Notes under the pieces: model-generated
Seen by the model: the letters and a program-made list of their open reading frames with translations, nothing else
Databases searched by the model: none
What the model was told of the DNA's origin: nothing
Source: Raillietiella orientalis
Lineage: Eukaryota
Reading direction: 5' to 3'
Assembly (NCBI GenBank): GCA_036172245.1
Contig: JAYWIR010000025.1
Span: 2,294,001 to 2,358,000, forward strand
Length of the DNA stretch: 64,000 nucleotides
Made by a program: the position numbers and the translations under genes
Shown: positions 13,601 through 26,085 of the stretch, piece after piece
How the letters are laid out: each line of letters begins with the position of its first letter
Position numbering within the stretch: position 1 is the first letter of the stretch

Positions 13601-16600
13601 GGAACTGGCTCGCAGCAGCCATTCTTTATTTTTTTTCTTTCTTCCTCTCACCCGCCGAGCCGTTCTTTTTGTCTTCGCCCGAGAACGGCTAATCAGCCGG
13701 GAGTTGCGCTCGCGAGCGGGGTGGGGGTGTCCCTCGAAACGTCAGAGGTCGGCTCCCCGATCCGCTCTTTCCATTGCCGCTGCTCCTCGCCGGTCGCCGC
13801 GCTGGCAGCGGCGTGAAATCGGCTCCCGGGTCTGAGATTGTAATTTCGAAATCACTTCATTTAAAGGCCCATGAATCCGCAATAAATCTCGGGAGACGCC
13901 GCGCGTTTTTGCACGTCGGGAGTTGACCCGTCGCTGGTGGCGACGGCGAAGCTGCTGCTGCTGAGCTTCCTCCTCCTCGTCCTCCTGAGCATCCACGCTG
14001 GCAACCCGTCTCGGGGAACCACGGGCTCGCGTGGACGGTGAGCGATCGAAACCCGGACGCTCGGCATGAATAACTCTGCCCGCGAAGGAAGGCGATACGG
14101 AAAAAGATGAAAAATCGGGGATGCATCAGATATTAATGAGTCCAATTCCGAATCTCCAGCGTGCCACCGCATGACAAATTTCCTCGCGCTCCGTTCCCTC
14201 ATCCCGGGAAGAATTCCGAATACTCTGAAAGGCGAAAAGTGGAGCGGGATCCGCGTGTTTATCTTGGCTCGGGCGTCTCCTGAGGACACGTCGTGTTGCA
14301 AGAATGTGTTGCGGAGGACACGGATGCTTGAGCTTCCTGTTTACAAGTGATGCTGCGATGCAATCCCCATGCAACGCGCCGCGGCTACGTGCTTCCGTCC
14401 GGATGCTTGGACTTACGACTTGGGCTGAGCAGCAGAGAGGAACATCCGAACCAAACAAATCAGTAAACGATCAGTAAACAATCGCCCCCCTCCGTACCGC
14501 GCGCCTTCCTCAGAAGGCAGCCCGTCGAAGACCGCAGCGGCGATGGCAGGAGGAAGACACCCCGCGTGGGAAGAAGGAAAACGAAGAAGGGAAGGAAGGA
14601 AGGCTCCCCGAGTCCCTTGTCGCAGCAGCAGCGCCGAGGACCCGGGGCGAGGGGAACCGAAGCGAGCGCGACCTCCCCAGTTCAGCCACCCGAGTCCGCA
14701 GACGAATGAGCCGGAGGCCCGATCCGGGAACGGCTCCCTCTTTCGCTCTGCTGCGCGACACGGGAGCCCCGGATCCCCCGTAACACTGCAGCGAATGTTA
14801 ATTTAGCGACGGCGATGTCAAGTCCTCCTTCCGAGGGGGACTCGCCTCCTGTTTAAAAACAGAAAGAGAACAAAGTCTTTAATTAAATCTCTCAATGAGT
14901 CATTAGGCTTGTAAATACATTCAAAGCTTCCGGATTCATTATGCATTCCTTCAGAAGCACCTGCTACCCCCGGCGCTATTCTTCGAGTCAGCCGTTTTCT
15001 CAGCGAGATGGCCTAATCCATCATTTATGCAGCTAATACGTTCTGAACACATTTCATAGACCGATTTCGATACACGAAAAGCCTCGGGTTGTACGCAGCT
15101 CCGAAGAATTAGTCAATAATTATGCAAAAGTGCCACATGTTTTGTAGGAAAGTTTAAATTATCCGGGGGGGAGAGGAGAATAAAAGAAGACACCGAGAAT
15201 AAATCTTTTGTCCCTTTTTTATCCCTTCTTAATAAGGGATTCCGAGTTTCGAATATGACATATATGATTTCCTGCAGGCTGTTTTCTATTTCATTATTCC
15301 TGGAACAGCAAACACTCCTATGTACTGGAATAACAAGAAGCCTCGTGGGGACAAAAACATGTCCAAACTTCATTTAATCATTTCGCCGAGGCCGGCAACA
15401 AAAGTAAAGCGAGGAGATTGAAATGCAGTTTCATGGGGATCGTTGCCGTGGGGGCCGCCGAAGCGTGCGGGCGTGTCTCCCGGCTCGAAATGCAGCGTTC
15501 CCGTCGTTGCCGAGTGAGCCGACTCCGGAAAATCGCCGCCGCGCGCCATCCGTTCGCCCTGCGCGTCCCACGTCTCGCACGTACCTTCTTCGCGAGTGGC
15601 CGCGGGCGAAGAGAGATTTGGTGGCCCCGCGCGTGGACGCGCGGCGGGCGACCGCAGGGAGTCGCCTGCGTGGGCGTACGTGCACGCATCGCGCGACGGA
15701 CTGCCGGGGCGGGCGGGCGGGCGGGCGGGCGGGCTGGGGGTGGTGGGGGTGGGGAGGGGGGTGTCTGACGCGATCATCGCGATCGTCGGGATGTTTTTCT
15801 TCTGGAGCCGCGCCACCTCGTCTGGCTGCGATCCACCACCCATCTCTGCGCTCGCACAGAGCGCGCACGGCCCGTTCTTTCGAGGTGTTTGTTTGTTCGA
15901 CTGTTCCCCTCCCCCCCCCCCATTCCCCCTCCCCGCCTCGTATCCCTTAAACGCGCGTGATCTTACGTAACTGTCCACGTACTGATTCCGACAAATGCCT
16001 GTAATCAGTGCGCAGTGCATGCGTCGGGCATAAACAATTCCGAGTGGGTGATTGCAGGAGGATAGCCAGCCATGGTTTATGACGAATATGTGTCAGGAAG
16101 GAAAAAGGAAAAAGAAAAAAGAAAAAAAGGAAGATGGAATGGAACTTGTTGGTGAGGAGATAATCGCAGAATTATCCCCGTCTCTTCGGATGGAACCGAC
16201 CGCCGCCGCTGGAGCGGTCGGTGATCAGACGGAGGCTGGCGCGGAAATTTCGGATGCATCCGCGACTGGAGACAGGCGGATTTTACATCTGCCAGATAAA
16301 AAATGATTATTTGCTTTTGAATAAAGCCAAACGTTACGTAGGATTTCGGCAGAAGACCCCATCATCCTTATCGTGATTTAATATATCGCATTAATACAAA
16401 ACAGAAGGAATCGCTGTTATCTGCTGGATTCGTGTTCTTAATTGGAAGACACTTGGAGGAATTCACCGAAGGACGCGTTTTATTAGAGGGTGCCTCTTTT
16501 TCTTTTTTTCTTTTCTCCTTCCCCCCCCGCCCTCCTCCTTTCTGTAAAAGCAGAACGCGCGCGGGCCTGAAGAGGTATTTTTATATGGGCGGTTACATCT

Positions 16601-17821
16601 CCAACGGAATAAATGGTAAAGAAGGTGGTGGTGGCGGTTGAAGGCAGCGCAAGAAGAACGAGAAAAAAAACACACACACACACACACATTCTTCTCCTTT
16701 TTCCGAGTGGAGTCCCGATCTTCTCCTCCTCCAGGTGCCTCCAGGATAAAGAGGTGAGGAATCCTTTCGGCCGTTTTTTTTTTTTTTTTTTTTTTTTCTT
16801 CCAATCTCTTCAGGGAAAAATGAGGTTCCGGGGTAATTCGACGGAGACATCCGGTTTCCACGTAGAAAGAAATTCACGCCGCTGTTGCCTGAACTTTGGA
16901 TAGGTCTGCGTCATTAATCGAGGAGCACTTTAGTTTGTATACATTTGGGAAAAAGAAAATGGGATCCATAAAAACAGAAAATTATGTTGACAGAGCAAGT
17001 ATTTAGTGTGGGTCGTACAGAGTACACGCCGAAATTCTAGGACATTAATCGGATAATCAAATATTTGGCGATAAAATATGATGATGAAAGATGGAAAAAC
17101 AGTGCCGTGATTGGTAGAAAACGAAATCGAAGTCACATGCCCGCAAGAGGAAAATCAAGGGAAAACATCATGATGGGGAAGGTTGAGGGGAGCGACGCAG
17201 CTTTTCTTCTTTTTTTTTTTTTTTCCTCCTCTTTTCCTTTTTTTTTTTTTGTTTGTTTGTTTGTACTTTCGACCGGGACGGGGTTTCTCCGAACAGGCAT
17301 CCCAGAAGCTTCGCACCGAGCCCGACGGAGGGGGCCTCCGAGCGGATGCAGCAGCCTCCTGTACCACAGATGCGTGTGCTCGGAAGAGCGCTTCCACCCC
17401 CACCGCTGCCCTCCCTTCTTCTTCTTCTTTTTTTTTTTTTTTTTTTGAAAAAAGAAAAAGAAAGGAAAAGAAAAAGGGTACTTGACCGCAGTCCCAGAAA
17501 CAACAACTTGACGGAGCCCGTTTCGCACCGAACCTACCCCCCTGGCAACCGTTTGCTGGGAGCAGTACTGCGGCACTCACCATGGCTACGGAAAGTTCAT
17601 CGCATTCCGCAAAGCATTCCGTGAATCCACGCGTGTCCGCAGGGAAGACACAGTGAACCAGCGTGGCAAACGCTCGTGTGCCACCACCTGCATTCTTTGC
17701 TTGTGTGTGTGTGTGTGTGTGTATGTTTTTTTTGTTTTTGTTTTTTTTTGGGGGGGGCACACCATGATGTGTTCGAACCCCGAACACTTGAAACCATGAA
17801 AATAGTTTAATGCTGTCTCAC

Positions 17822-17988
17822 CTTTACTTGACTTTCCGACATTCCTAAAGCGTAGGCTAATTTCGCCCGTTCAGGTCCCGCCAGATATTTCGTTTGTTCA
17901 AAAGTTTTCTCTAAGGCAAAGATTTGCTGACCAGAAAAAGTGGGACGGGTGTGCTTTTTTTTTCCGTCTCGTTCCGAAGTGTGCGAAC
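17822..17988 (-). CDS. Nkx6: Nkx6/HGTX coding exon 2 (homeodomain N-terminal part; absent from the ORF track)
   Basis: Manual translation: (G)[58 protein letters not shown] acceptor, GTGAGA donor, phases consistent with exons 1 and 3. Confidence 0.97.
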
Positions 17989-19188
17989 CTGGACAAACGC
18001 ATTTTTAATACAGGAAAAATTGAGCAGCCATTCCACTTTTATTTTATTTTATTTTATTTTTTTCTGCCATTCATTTCCTCTTCATTCCGCAACTTGCATT
18101 TGCTTACATTTCCGTTTCCGATGGACTGCGGTGGCAACCGGCGCAACACTTCTCCCTCCCTCCCCCCCCTTCCCGTTCCCCCCCCCCCTCCTCCCTTTTC
18201 CTCGCTGTCGTTTCCGCGCGCTCTCCGCACCGTTCGTCCGGACCCGCACGCCGCCGGCGAGCTCGCTTCCGTTTCGCGGAAACGGAAACTCGCGGAAACG
18301 CTCGCCATGGTTACGGAGGCGCGCGCGCGAACCAATCACTTCCACGCTCGCGGAATCCGTTAGACGCCGCGGTTCCGTGCGGCTCGGCCAGCGCGCCGGG
18401 GAGTGTCGGTTGTTAGGTTGGCAACGGCGTGGCTCCGGGGAGCGCGCGGCCGTATCCAGGTGGAGGAGGAAGAGGAAGCCCCGTCCAATCCCGCGTCCAT
18501 TTTTCCGTCTCCGCCGCTCCCCCTTTCTGCTTGACCCCCGCCCCCTACCCCTTCCTTCCTGGCAAAAACCGAGCTTCCTCTTCCTCCCAACAGCCCGTGC
18601 AGACGCAGCCGGCGGCAGCAGCGCGGTGGCGAGCGCCATCGAATCGCGTTCCTCCGTCTCCCTGGATCGACCCGTCTTGGAACACGCGCGCACGCACACA
18701 CGCACGGGGGGAGGGAGGGGAACAACGAGGCGCGCGTGCGCACGCGCACGGATACGCGCGCAGCAATGAGAGGACGCGCCTCGCCGCCGCCGCCGCCGCT
18801 TTCGGCCCCGACTTTTTGTGATTTCGTGCGAGCTGCGAGAGGAGGGGGAAGGGGCGCTCTCGCTGCGCCGCGTCGCCCCTGGCGGCGAAGGACTCTCCCG
18901 CCAGCCATGCATCGGCGGCGGGGGAGGGGGAGGGCAGGGCGAACGCGCGCGAGCTCTCGCGCACGTGGCCGCGCGACGCAAAGCCGCTGAGAGCCGGAGG
19001 GCACACGCCGCGACCTTTCCACGTGCCCGAAAGGACCGAGAAGCGGCGCCGTACCCTCCGGTCGGATCGCTGGCGACCTTCCCGCCACCCGGGGGGACGC
19101 GTTGCCCTCCGATGCCCGGGGAGCGTTCGGACCCCTTCCCCACCGCACTCCACCCTTCCCTTTGGGAATGAAAGACCCCTGTGGTTAC

Positions 19189-19696
19189 CTGCGCCGGAGC
19201 AGAACCGCTCCCTCCAGGAGATGGGGCTCTGCAGCATCCCCGGGAGTGCGGACCAGCAGAGCTGCTGCCTGGCGGCCAAGTCGACCAGGCTGCCCGTCTT
19301 CGCGACGGGGGGCAAACCGTTCACGTACATTCCCGGGGACGCCAGTCCGCCGGTCAGGAAGCCGGCGCTCCCGGCCGTCCTCCTGCCGAGTATGTGGTCT
19401 ATGCCGTGGGGGGTGCCGGACGGGGCGGGATAACCGGGCTTGGCGAAGGGGGAGAAGGGGGAAGTGGCGGCAGCGGAGTGGGGAGGCGGCGGCGCCGTCT
19501 TGTTGGGCACGGAGGCGGCACCGTCGTGATGGTGGTGGTGGGGGTGATGGTGGTGGTGGTGGTGGTGGTGCAGGGCGGCTGCGGCGGCCGCCGCGAGGGG
19601 GGCGCCACCACTCAGCAGGAACGGATGGTTCTGAGCGGCAGCCGACGCACTGAGGAAGGAGAAGAGCTGCCCCGGACCGGAGCCAAAGTCCAGCAT
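19189..19696 (-). CDS. Nkx6: Nkx6/HGTX coding exon 1
   Basis: ATG at 19696 (MLDFGSG...), poly-Ala/poly-His tracts, TN/eh1 motif TPHGIDHILG, phase-1 GTAACC donor. Joined CDS is 873 nt (290 aa). Confidence 0.92.
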
Positions 19697-19827
19697 GGCG
19701 GCAGCGGTCTGCAGGCCGCAGCCGGTAGGGCGCCTCGCAGCGAGACGCGACGACGCAGGTGGGGGGTCGACGTCTTCACCGGGATCCGCCGAGCCACTCG
19801 CTGACGGTGCAGGTGCGGCGGCCGTGA

Positions 19828-19829
<2 letters not shown>

Positions 19830-19868
<39 letters not shown>
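19830..19868. repeat. (GCT)n/(CAG)n trinucleotide repeat, ~13 units, probably Nkx6 5' UTR
   Basis: gctgctgct... with one gtt interruption, upstream of the ATG. Confidence 0.9.
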
Positions 19869-19914
19869 CGCGGTCGTCGTCCGTCGCGCTCCGCTTCGGC
19901 GGTGCGGCGGCCGT

Positions 19915-20028
19915 CCAATGGCGCTCGGCGAGCCGAGGCGCCCGTCCTGGAGCGGGAAGCCGCTCGGCTGGGAGGGACCGGAGCGCCCGATTGGCCCGCC
20001 GTCGCCCCGCGGGACGAGCTCGCATTGG
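19915..20028 (-). promoter_or_regulatory. Putative Nkx6 proximal promoter with three CCAAT boxes
   Basis: CCAAT at 19915-19919 and ATTGG at 19990-19994 and 20024-20028, in CpG-dense DNA 220-330 nt upstream of the ATG. Confidence 0.55.
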
Positions 20029-23000
20029 CCCGCTCCTCGCGAGGAGAGTCCGGACCGCGGGACGGACGCCTCCTCCGCCGCCGCCTGCGAGCGAGCGCGG
20101 CGGCGGTTCCGCGCCCGGTCGACGCGGCCAGAGGGGCGACCCGGGCCCTCCCCCGCCCCCTCAGGGCCTCCGCAAGCCCCCGGACCCGTCTTCTTCCCCT
20201 CACCTCCTCCTCCTTGTTTTCCTCTCCCCCCCCCCCCTTTTTTTTTTATTGACTTTGCCCCTTCCTCGTCCCTTCCTCGAGGCACAGTGCGGCCCGAGTG
20301 GGGCTTCATGGGGCCCTCAGAGAGGGGTAGAACAAAAGGGCGAGCCCTCCTCTCTCTCTCCTTCCTGGAGACAAGCCCCTCGTGCAAACGGGCACCGGCG
20401 GCGTAGCCCCAGGGTGGCCCCCGAAGCAGCGGTCCCTGTTCACGGGGGAGGAGGAACCGTTGCCACGGCTTCCCGGGTTCCCCTGCCCCTCGCTCCACGC
20501 GGCGCGCGCCGCGAGGGGAAGGCAGAGCCCAGGCCTGCCTCTCCCCTTCGCCCCCGGCCCTTCCTCCTTTCTCCTCCAATCGCCGTTTCCGTGGATACCC
20601 GGCGCGCCTTTCCTTCTCCGGGGCAGCCTAAGGGGGAAAAGGGAAGGGGGGAGGACGTCTCCGCCCCTCTGACGTTTGCCCGATGGAGGAAGGCGCCTCA
20701 GCTTCCTGATCTCTCCGGAGACGGGAGCCTCAGCTGCCACCCTAACGTCCGCTGGCCCCGCCCTACCCAGCGGTCCTATTATTGAGGTAACCATCCCCCC
20801 CTTTCGTTTTCGCATCCACGCTCGTTCCCCTCTCCCGGGGGGCGAAACGGTCGGCGCCCGCCGAAGCGGAAAGAAGGAGGAGGAGCGTCCCTTCCGGATG
20901 ACCGGACGTCCCTGACGACCTCCGACCTACTCTCAGGCCTGGAACGGGGGAGGAGTCCGGCACCTGCTCGAAGGCCGAGCCCCGCGCTGCCGTCGGTTGC
21001 CTAGGCGACCGCTCCGCGACGCGCGCGTCTCTCTCCCTGGGGGGACCAGGGAGAGGCACCGAGCCCGCCAGTTCCTCCCGCGGGGGAGATGGCAACATGT
21101 CGGCGCTCCTCCGAGCCGGACGCTGGCGCATCTGGATCTTCGATCCCTCTCAGCACTGGCCAGGGCCGGGACGCGCCGCCTTTCCTGCAGGTGCCAGCCC
21201 GCTCTGGAGAAAGCCGTTCGTTGCGCTGGAAACGAGGCGCGCCTGAACTTCCGCTTCCCATCCCGGAGAGGGAAGGATGGGGCTCCCGACGAGCGGTCGC
21301 TGTCCTCCGGGGAGCCCGCGTGGCGCCATTGTCTCTCTGTCACCCAGCCTCGTCGACACGGCTCAGACCAGCCGAACGCAACCCTGCCAGCAAAGGGGCG
21401 CGGAGCTCCCTACTCCGCGCCCGGAAGGGAGTGTGCGCCTGCCCCCCCGTCGCCGCCTCGCGCGCACGGGTCGCGGTGAGCGGTGAAGGGGATGAGGTAA
21501 GCAGCGCGCCCCTAGCGGCTGACTCCGGTACTCTCTCGCGCGCTCTCGTTCCTTGCTGGCCGCTGCTGCAGCTCCTCCGCCTCCGTGTCCAGCTCTGCCG
21601 CCCGTCGCGTGGGGGAGGGGAAGGCGCTCTTTCCTCTCCCTCCCCCTCCTCCTTGCAGCATCCGGACTTGCGAGGGAGAGAAAAAAGGGGAGCACGGACC
21701 GCTCTTGCACAGCCCGGGAGACTTCGAGAGGCGCCCTCTCCCCCCTTCCCCCCCTCCCACGTCTTCCCTCGTCCCCCCAGCTCCCCGTCGTGAGGGCGCG
21801 TGCTTCCCAAGGGATGAGCCCCGCCCGGGTGACCGCATTCGGAAGGACTGTATCCTCCTATTGTGGGGTCCCGGCAGGGTAGCCTCCGGGCTCCTCGACG
21901 GCGCGCGGTGGCAGGCGGCTCGCGGCTGGGAAGGTAGCGCCAGGCTCGCCGGGACACCGCGACCCCCGGGAAGGCGGGGGTGGGGGCAGGGAGGAAGGGA
22001 GGGAACGCAGGGGGGATTCGTCCTGGGGCGATCAACCACTCCTCGAAGACCTTCGCTTCCCTCCTCCTCCTTCCCCTCTCTCTCTCCGGCCGGTCGGAGA
22101 GGTCAGGGCAGTGTCGAGATGGCCAGTGAGCCTTCCTCCGCGCGCCGAATAAGGTCGGGGCGCACTCTCTCAGTGCGGGCGCTTGTGAGGGGTAGGGGGG
22201 CAGCCAGCCCCCGAGGCCGGCTCTCCACCGCTCGCTCTTCCCGGGAGGGACGCCTCCACTACACCCTTCTTGGACGTCCCCAATGATGACGCCCCCCTTG
22301 GAGGAGACCCCGTCCTCTCAGGCGGGTAGCCTCCGCTCCCGACGGAACCCGTGCCAGGCTTCCTGGAAAATGCAGTCCTGACGTCATCGCTCCCGCCACG
22401 TGCAATTCGCGTTCCCTCCTTTTCCCTTCCTCTCCGGGCTCCTGCAAGCGACCTGCAGGCACTTTATCCACCCCACCCATCCCCGTACCTCTCCCTCCGG
22501 CTCTTCCTTTGCTCCCCTCTCGAAGACGAGTCTAGTCCAGGGGACACCCGTTCGAAGGAAGGAGTGACGTCACGACCGCCGCTGTTCCCGGACCGATCTT
22601 CGAAAGCAGATGCCCGAGGCGCCTTCCAAGGGAGAGGGTGGCGCCGCCTTCCGGGAGTAGGGAAGGCAAGGTCGGCGCCACTTCCAAAAAGCGAGCGCCG
22701 CGCGCGCCTTTCCGGGAACGCGACGGGATCGAAGAGGGAGGAAAGGGTGAATGCAGGGCGCGTAGGACGGCGTTTTCCCACCAGTTGCCTCCCCCTTGCA
22801 TGCGGCGGCGCCCGCCAGTGCTCACGTGGGTGCTCCGCTGCCATGGCGGCACCGCAGCTCCACTCTCTGAAGACGCCATCTTTTTATTCCTCTTCCCGGT
22901 TGCCTTCCTTCTCTCTCCCTCCTCTCCATCCTCCCATGGAGGGGGAGGGAGGGGAGACGTCTTCATCGGAACCGACGTTCCTGAAGGATGTCTGCCCTGG

Positions 23001-25799
23001 ATCACTCCCTAAATTAAGAAAACGCCACTCCCTGGAGGAGAGGAGAACGGGTTGGCGCTGTTCAGGAAGCGGTTCGCATGGTGACGAGACTCGAAGAGAA
23101 TCCCGCGACTGAGGATGGGGAGAGAGGGAGGGGAAGGAGGCAAGATCCGGGATGCAGGGAGCGAACGGGAGCTTCCCGCTCCGACAGGATCCGTTGCTGG
23201 ACGGGCGGAGGACGCCTCCCGTCGGGGCTCTCCTTCCCTCGACGGGGACGCGGAAGGTTTTTTTCCCTCGGTGTCGTCTGGGGTCAGCTGCAGGAGCGGT
23301 TCCCTCCGGAGCGCTGGATGTATGAAAGGGGGAGAAGGCTTTCCCGCTTCCCCGTTTGCTGCTGACTGCCCCTGCGGAAGGCCAGCGAAGCGGACGCGCA
23401 AGAAATGACGAAGGCACGCGCTACGTGCGGGTTGCCGTGACGACGCGACTCGATGGAAAAGATGCGGTGCCGTGCTGGTGGCCCTCTCCCGGGAAGGAGC
23501 TCGCGGGGCTGGTTCCCGCTCCTTCTGCGCTGTCCTCTCGGACCGCAGGAGCATCTCCGGCCATCCCCGGGACAGTGCCCTTCCTTTCCCCCTCCCCCCC
23601 GACGGACTCATTTCCTTTGGGGTGTGGGCGTAGGTCTTCGATCTCTTTCCTTCCCTCGACACTTCCAGCTGGCCGCCCATTTATAGAGGCCGGGTGGATT
23701 GCTCCTTTCGTCAGCTCCCATGGGGGTTTGTCACTTCCCCGGAAGGGCCTCGCAGCATCATTCAAAGGCTGTAGGTCCACTCGAGAGGCCCGTCTGGCGT
23801 ACAGCTGCTCCTCGACTGATCTCTGCGCGTTCCTCGGCTGCCGTCGGATGGGACGAGGGGGGAGAGAAGGGGTCCCCGGCAAGGCTGCGGCAGCAAATCG
23901 GAGGAGGAGGGACGAAGAAGATCCGTCGGTCCATCTCCAGCGACCGCGCCGGCTTCTCTCTGTCCCCCGAAAGCGCGGGCAAGCCCCCCGCGGGGCTCCC
24001 TGAAACTCGAGCGAGTCCGCGGTCGCTTTCGCTTCCGGGTGCCGCTGCTTGCGAGCGCCATTGCCAAGCGACCTCTCTCGCGGAGCTCCGGTTCTCGCCG
24101 AGAGCGCTGCGTCGAAGGAGAGCCTCCGCCAACACGGGGGGCGGCTTGGGGACGAGCCGTCCTTCCCTTCCGGGGGAGTGAGTCGCGTCTGCGCCTCGGG
24201 CAGTTCCACTCCCGGGTAGAGTTCGAGTTCGCACAGATCACGAGCCGCTGCCGTGGAGACGCCGGCGCGGCGGAAGCTGAGCGTCCGGGTCTCAGCATCC
24301 GTGGATGAGCAGCGGAGCGGAGATCCCGCTGCCCCAAGTCAGGGAAGGGGGAGGAGCTAAGAAAAGCAACTCATCGCCATCGGGTGATCCGTTCCGGGCA
24401 AGATCTCAGGAGCTCTGGGGGGACCACGGAAACGGGAGCGAATTCCTCCGCCCGCCATCCAGGTGGCGGGAATTCGTGCGTCCCCCTCCAGAGGAGCAAA
24501 TATGAACCTGCCCGCCGTCAGCAGCGGCCCTGGAGCGAACCGCGCTGCCAGAAGCAAACCGTTCCCGGATCCGTCCACGTCGCTCCCGGAGTTCGAGATC
24601 CTAGAGCGGCTCGCTCCCGGACAGCACGGAGGCGTCCTGAAGATCCCTCCGAGAAGGCGAGATGTCTCTGGAAGACCTCCAGGCAGTAGGGCGAGGCGAA
24701 CGAGGAAACACGGAAGGCTGAAGGGCATTTGTGCAAGGAGACACTGGAATAGATGAACTGGCGACCCAAGGATGAGGAGGCCTTCCTCCCGGAGACCCCG
24801 TGCGCTGTAAATCGTAGGTCTGGTTGGCTTGGCTCGAGGACCACGAGCCTCAAGGACTCAACGGCAAAGGCTATAGACGAAGGAGAGCTGAGCAGCATCC
24901 GTGAATGAATGGACCGCCGGCAACTTTCGAGGATTCTCTGTAAGCACGGGCCAGAAACCGAATGGACTCCTCCACAGGCGACGGCGAAAAAAACGCAGCA
25001 TGCCTCGGTTCTGGAGGAGAAAAAATCCTCCAGGATCCCTGCCTTCGTCCCTGCTCTCGTCCATGGCGGTGCCAACCCACTCCTGTTCGAACGAAAAGAC
25101 GCGGAACCACAGGAGACGTGGAACCCTGTAGGCTCGCGAGGGTTGACGAACCTGTGGCAGGGCCTAGCGACCTTTCTTCCCGGTTCCCCCCATGTGGCAG
25201 ATGGCGAAGAACAGCTCGTTTCGCCGCTGTCGCAGTGTGACTCGCGGACCACGTGCGAAGCGCCCGGCAAAGAGAAAGCGGGCCATCTCAGGGAACAGGA
25301 GCCCCGATTCCTCCCCGCTCCTTACCCTTCTCTGGTACCTCTCCCAGACCGCCACATTCATCTGGGACGAGAACGTCTCGCAGCCGACCTCGGCTTCAGC
25401 TTCCGCGCGCGGACCGGGAATGGTCACGCTCTCGTCGGTGGTGACTACCCGGAGTGCGGTAGTCCCGTGGCTGAACGTGCCGAAGGCCGCATGGCACTTC
25501 GAACGCCGCTGTTCGTATCGGACCCCCCCCCCCTCCCCCGTTCATTCTTCACCGAAGATTTCTCTTCCCTCGGCCCCTTTTAGTGGCGTCTCTTCGTCTG
25601 TCCCGAATCGGAGTTCCCCCTTTGGCGCATCCCGGTTTCTGCCGTGGGCTCGCGCGCCGGCGAACCGCATTGAAATTCTTTTGTGTCGAGGAGTCTCGGC
25701 TGTCCCTTTTTGAGGGTCCCGTGAGAATTTCTTCTCAGCCCCCGTCCAGAGTCATTTTGCGTCCTGCACGAGCAGTTACCGAGTTACCAGCTGTTCCAC

Positions 25800-26085
25800 T
25801 CCTCCCCTTTCCTTCTTCCTCCTTCTACTCTTCCTCTTCCTCCCCTCCACACCCTTTCTCCATCTCTCGTCCTCCTCTCCATACTCCTCCTCCCCTTAGT
25901 CTTCTCTCCCTTATTCCTCCTTTTCCTTCTACTCTTCCTCCTCTCCTCCCTTCCTCCACCTTCCTCCCCTTCCCCTCCTCTTCTCTTCCTTTCTTCATCT
26001 TCCTTCTCTCCCTTCTCTATTGCTCCTCCTCCTTCTACCCTGTCTCCCTCTTTTCCTCCCCCTCTTCCTTCCTCTTGTCCTCGCT
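25800..26085. repeat. Polypyrimidine/polypurine low-complexity tract
   Basis: Nearly pure C/T on the + strand. Confidence 0.9.

Noticed and set aside
18545..20203. 552-aa minus ORF as one protein
   Set aside because: Only 19696-19189 is Nkx6 exon 1; the rest is read-through into promoter/UTR and intron.
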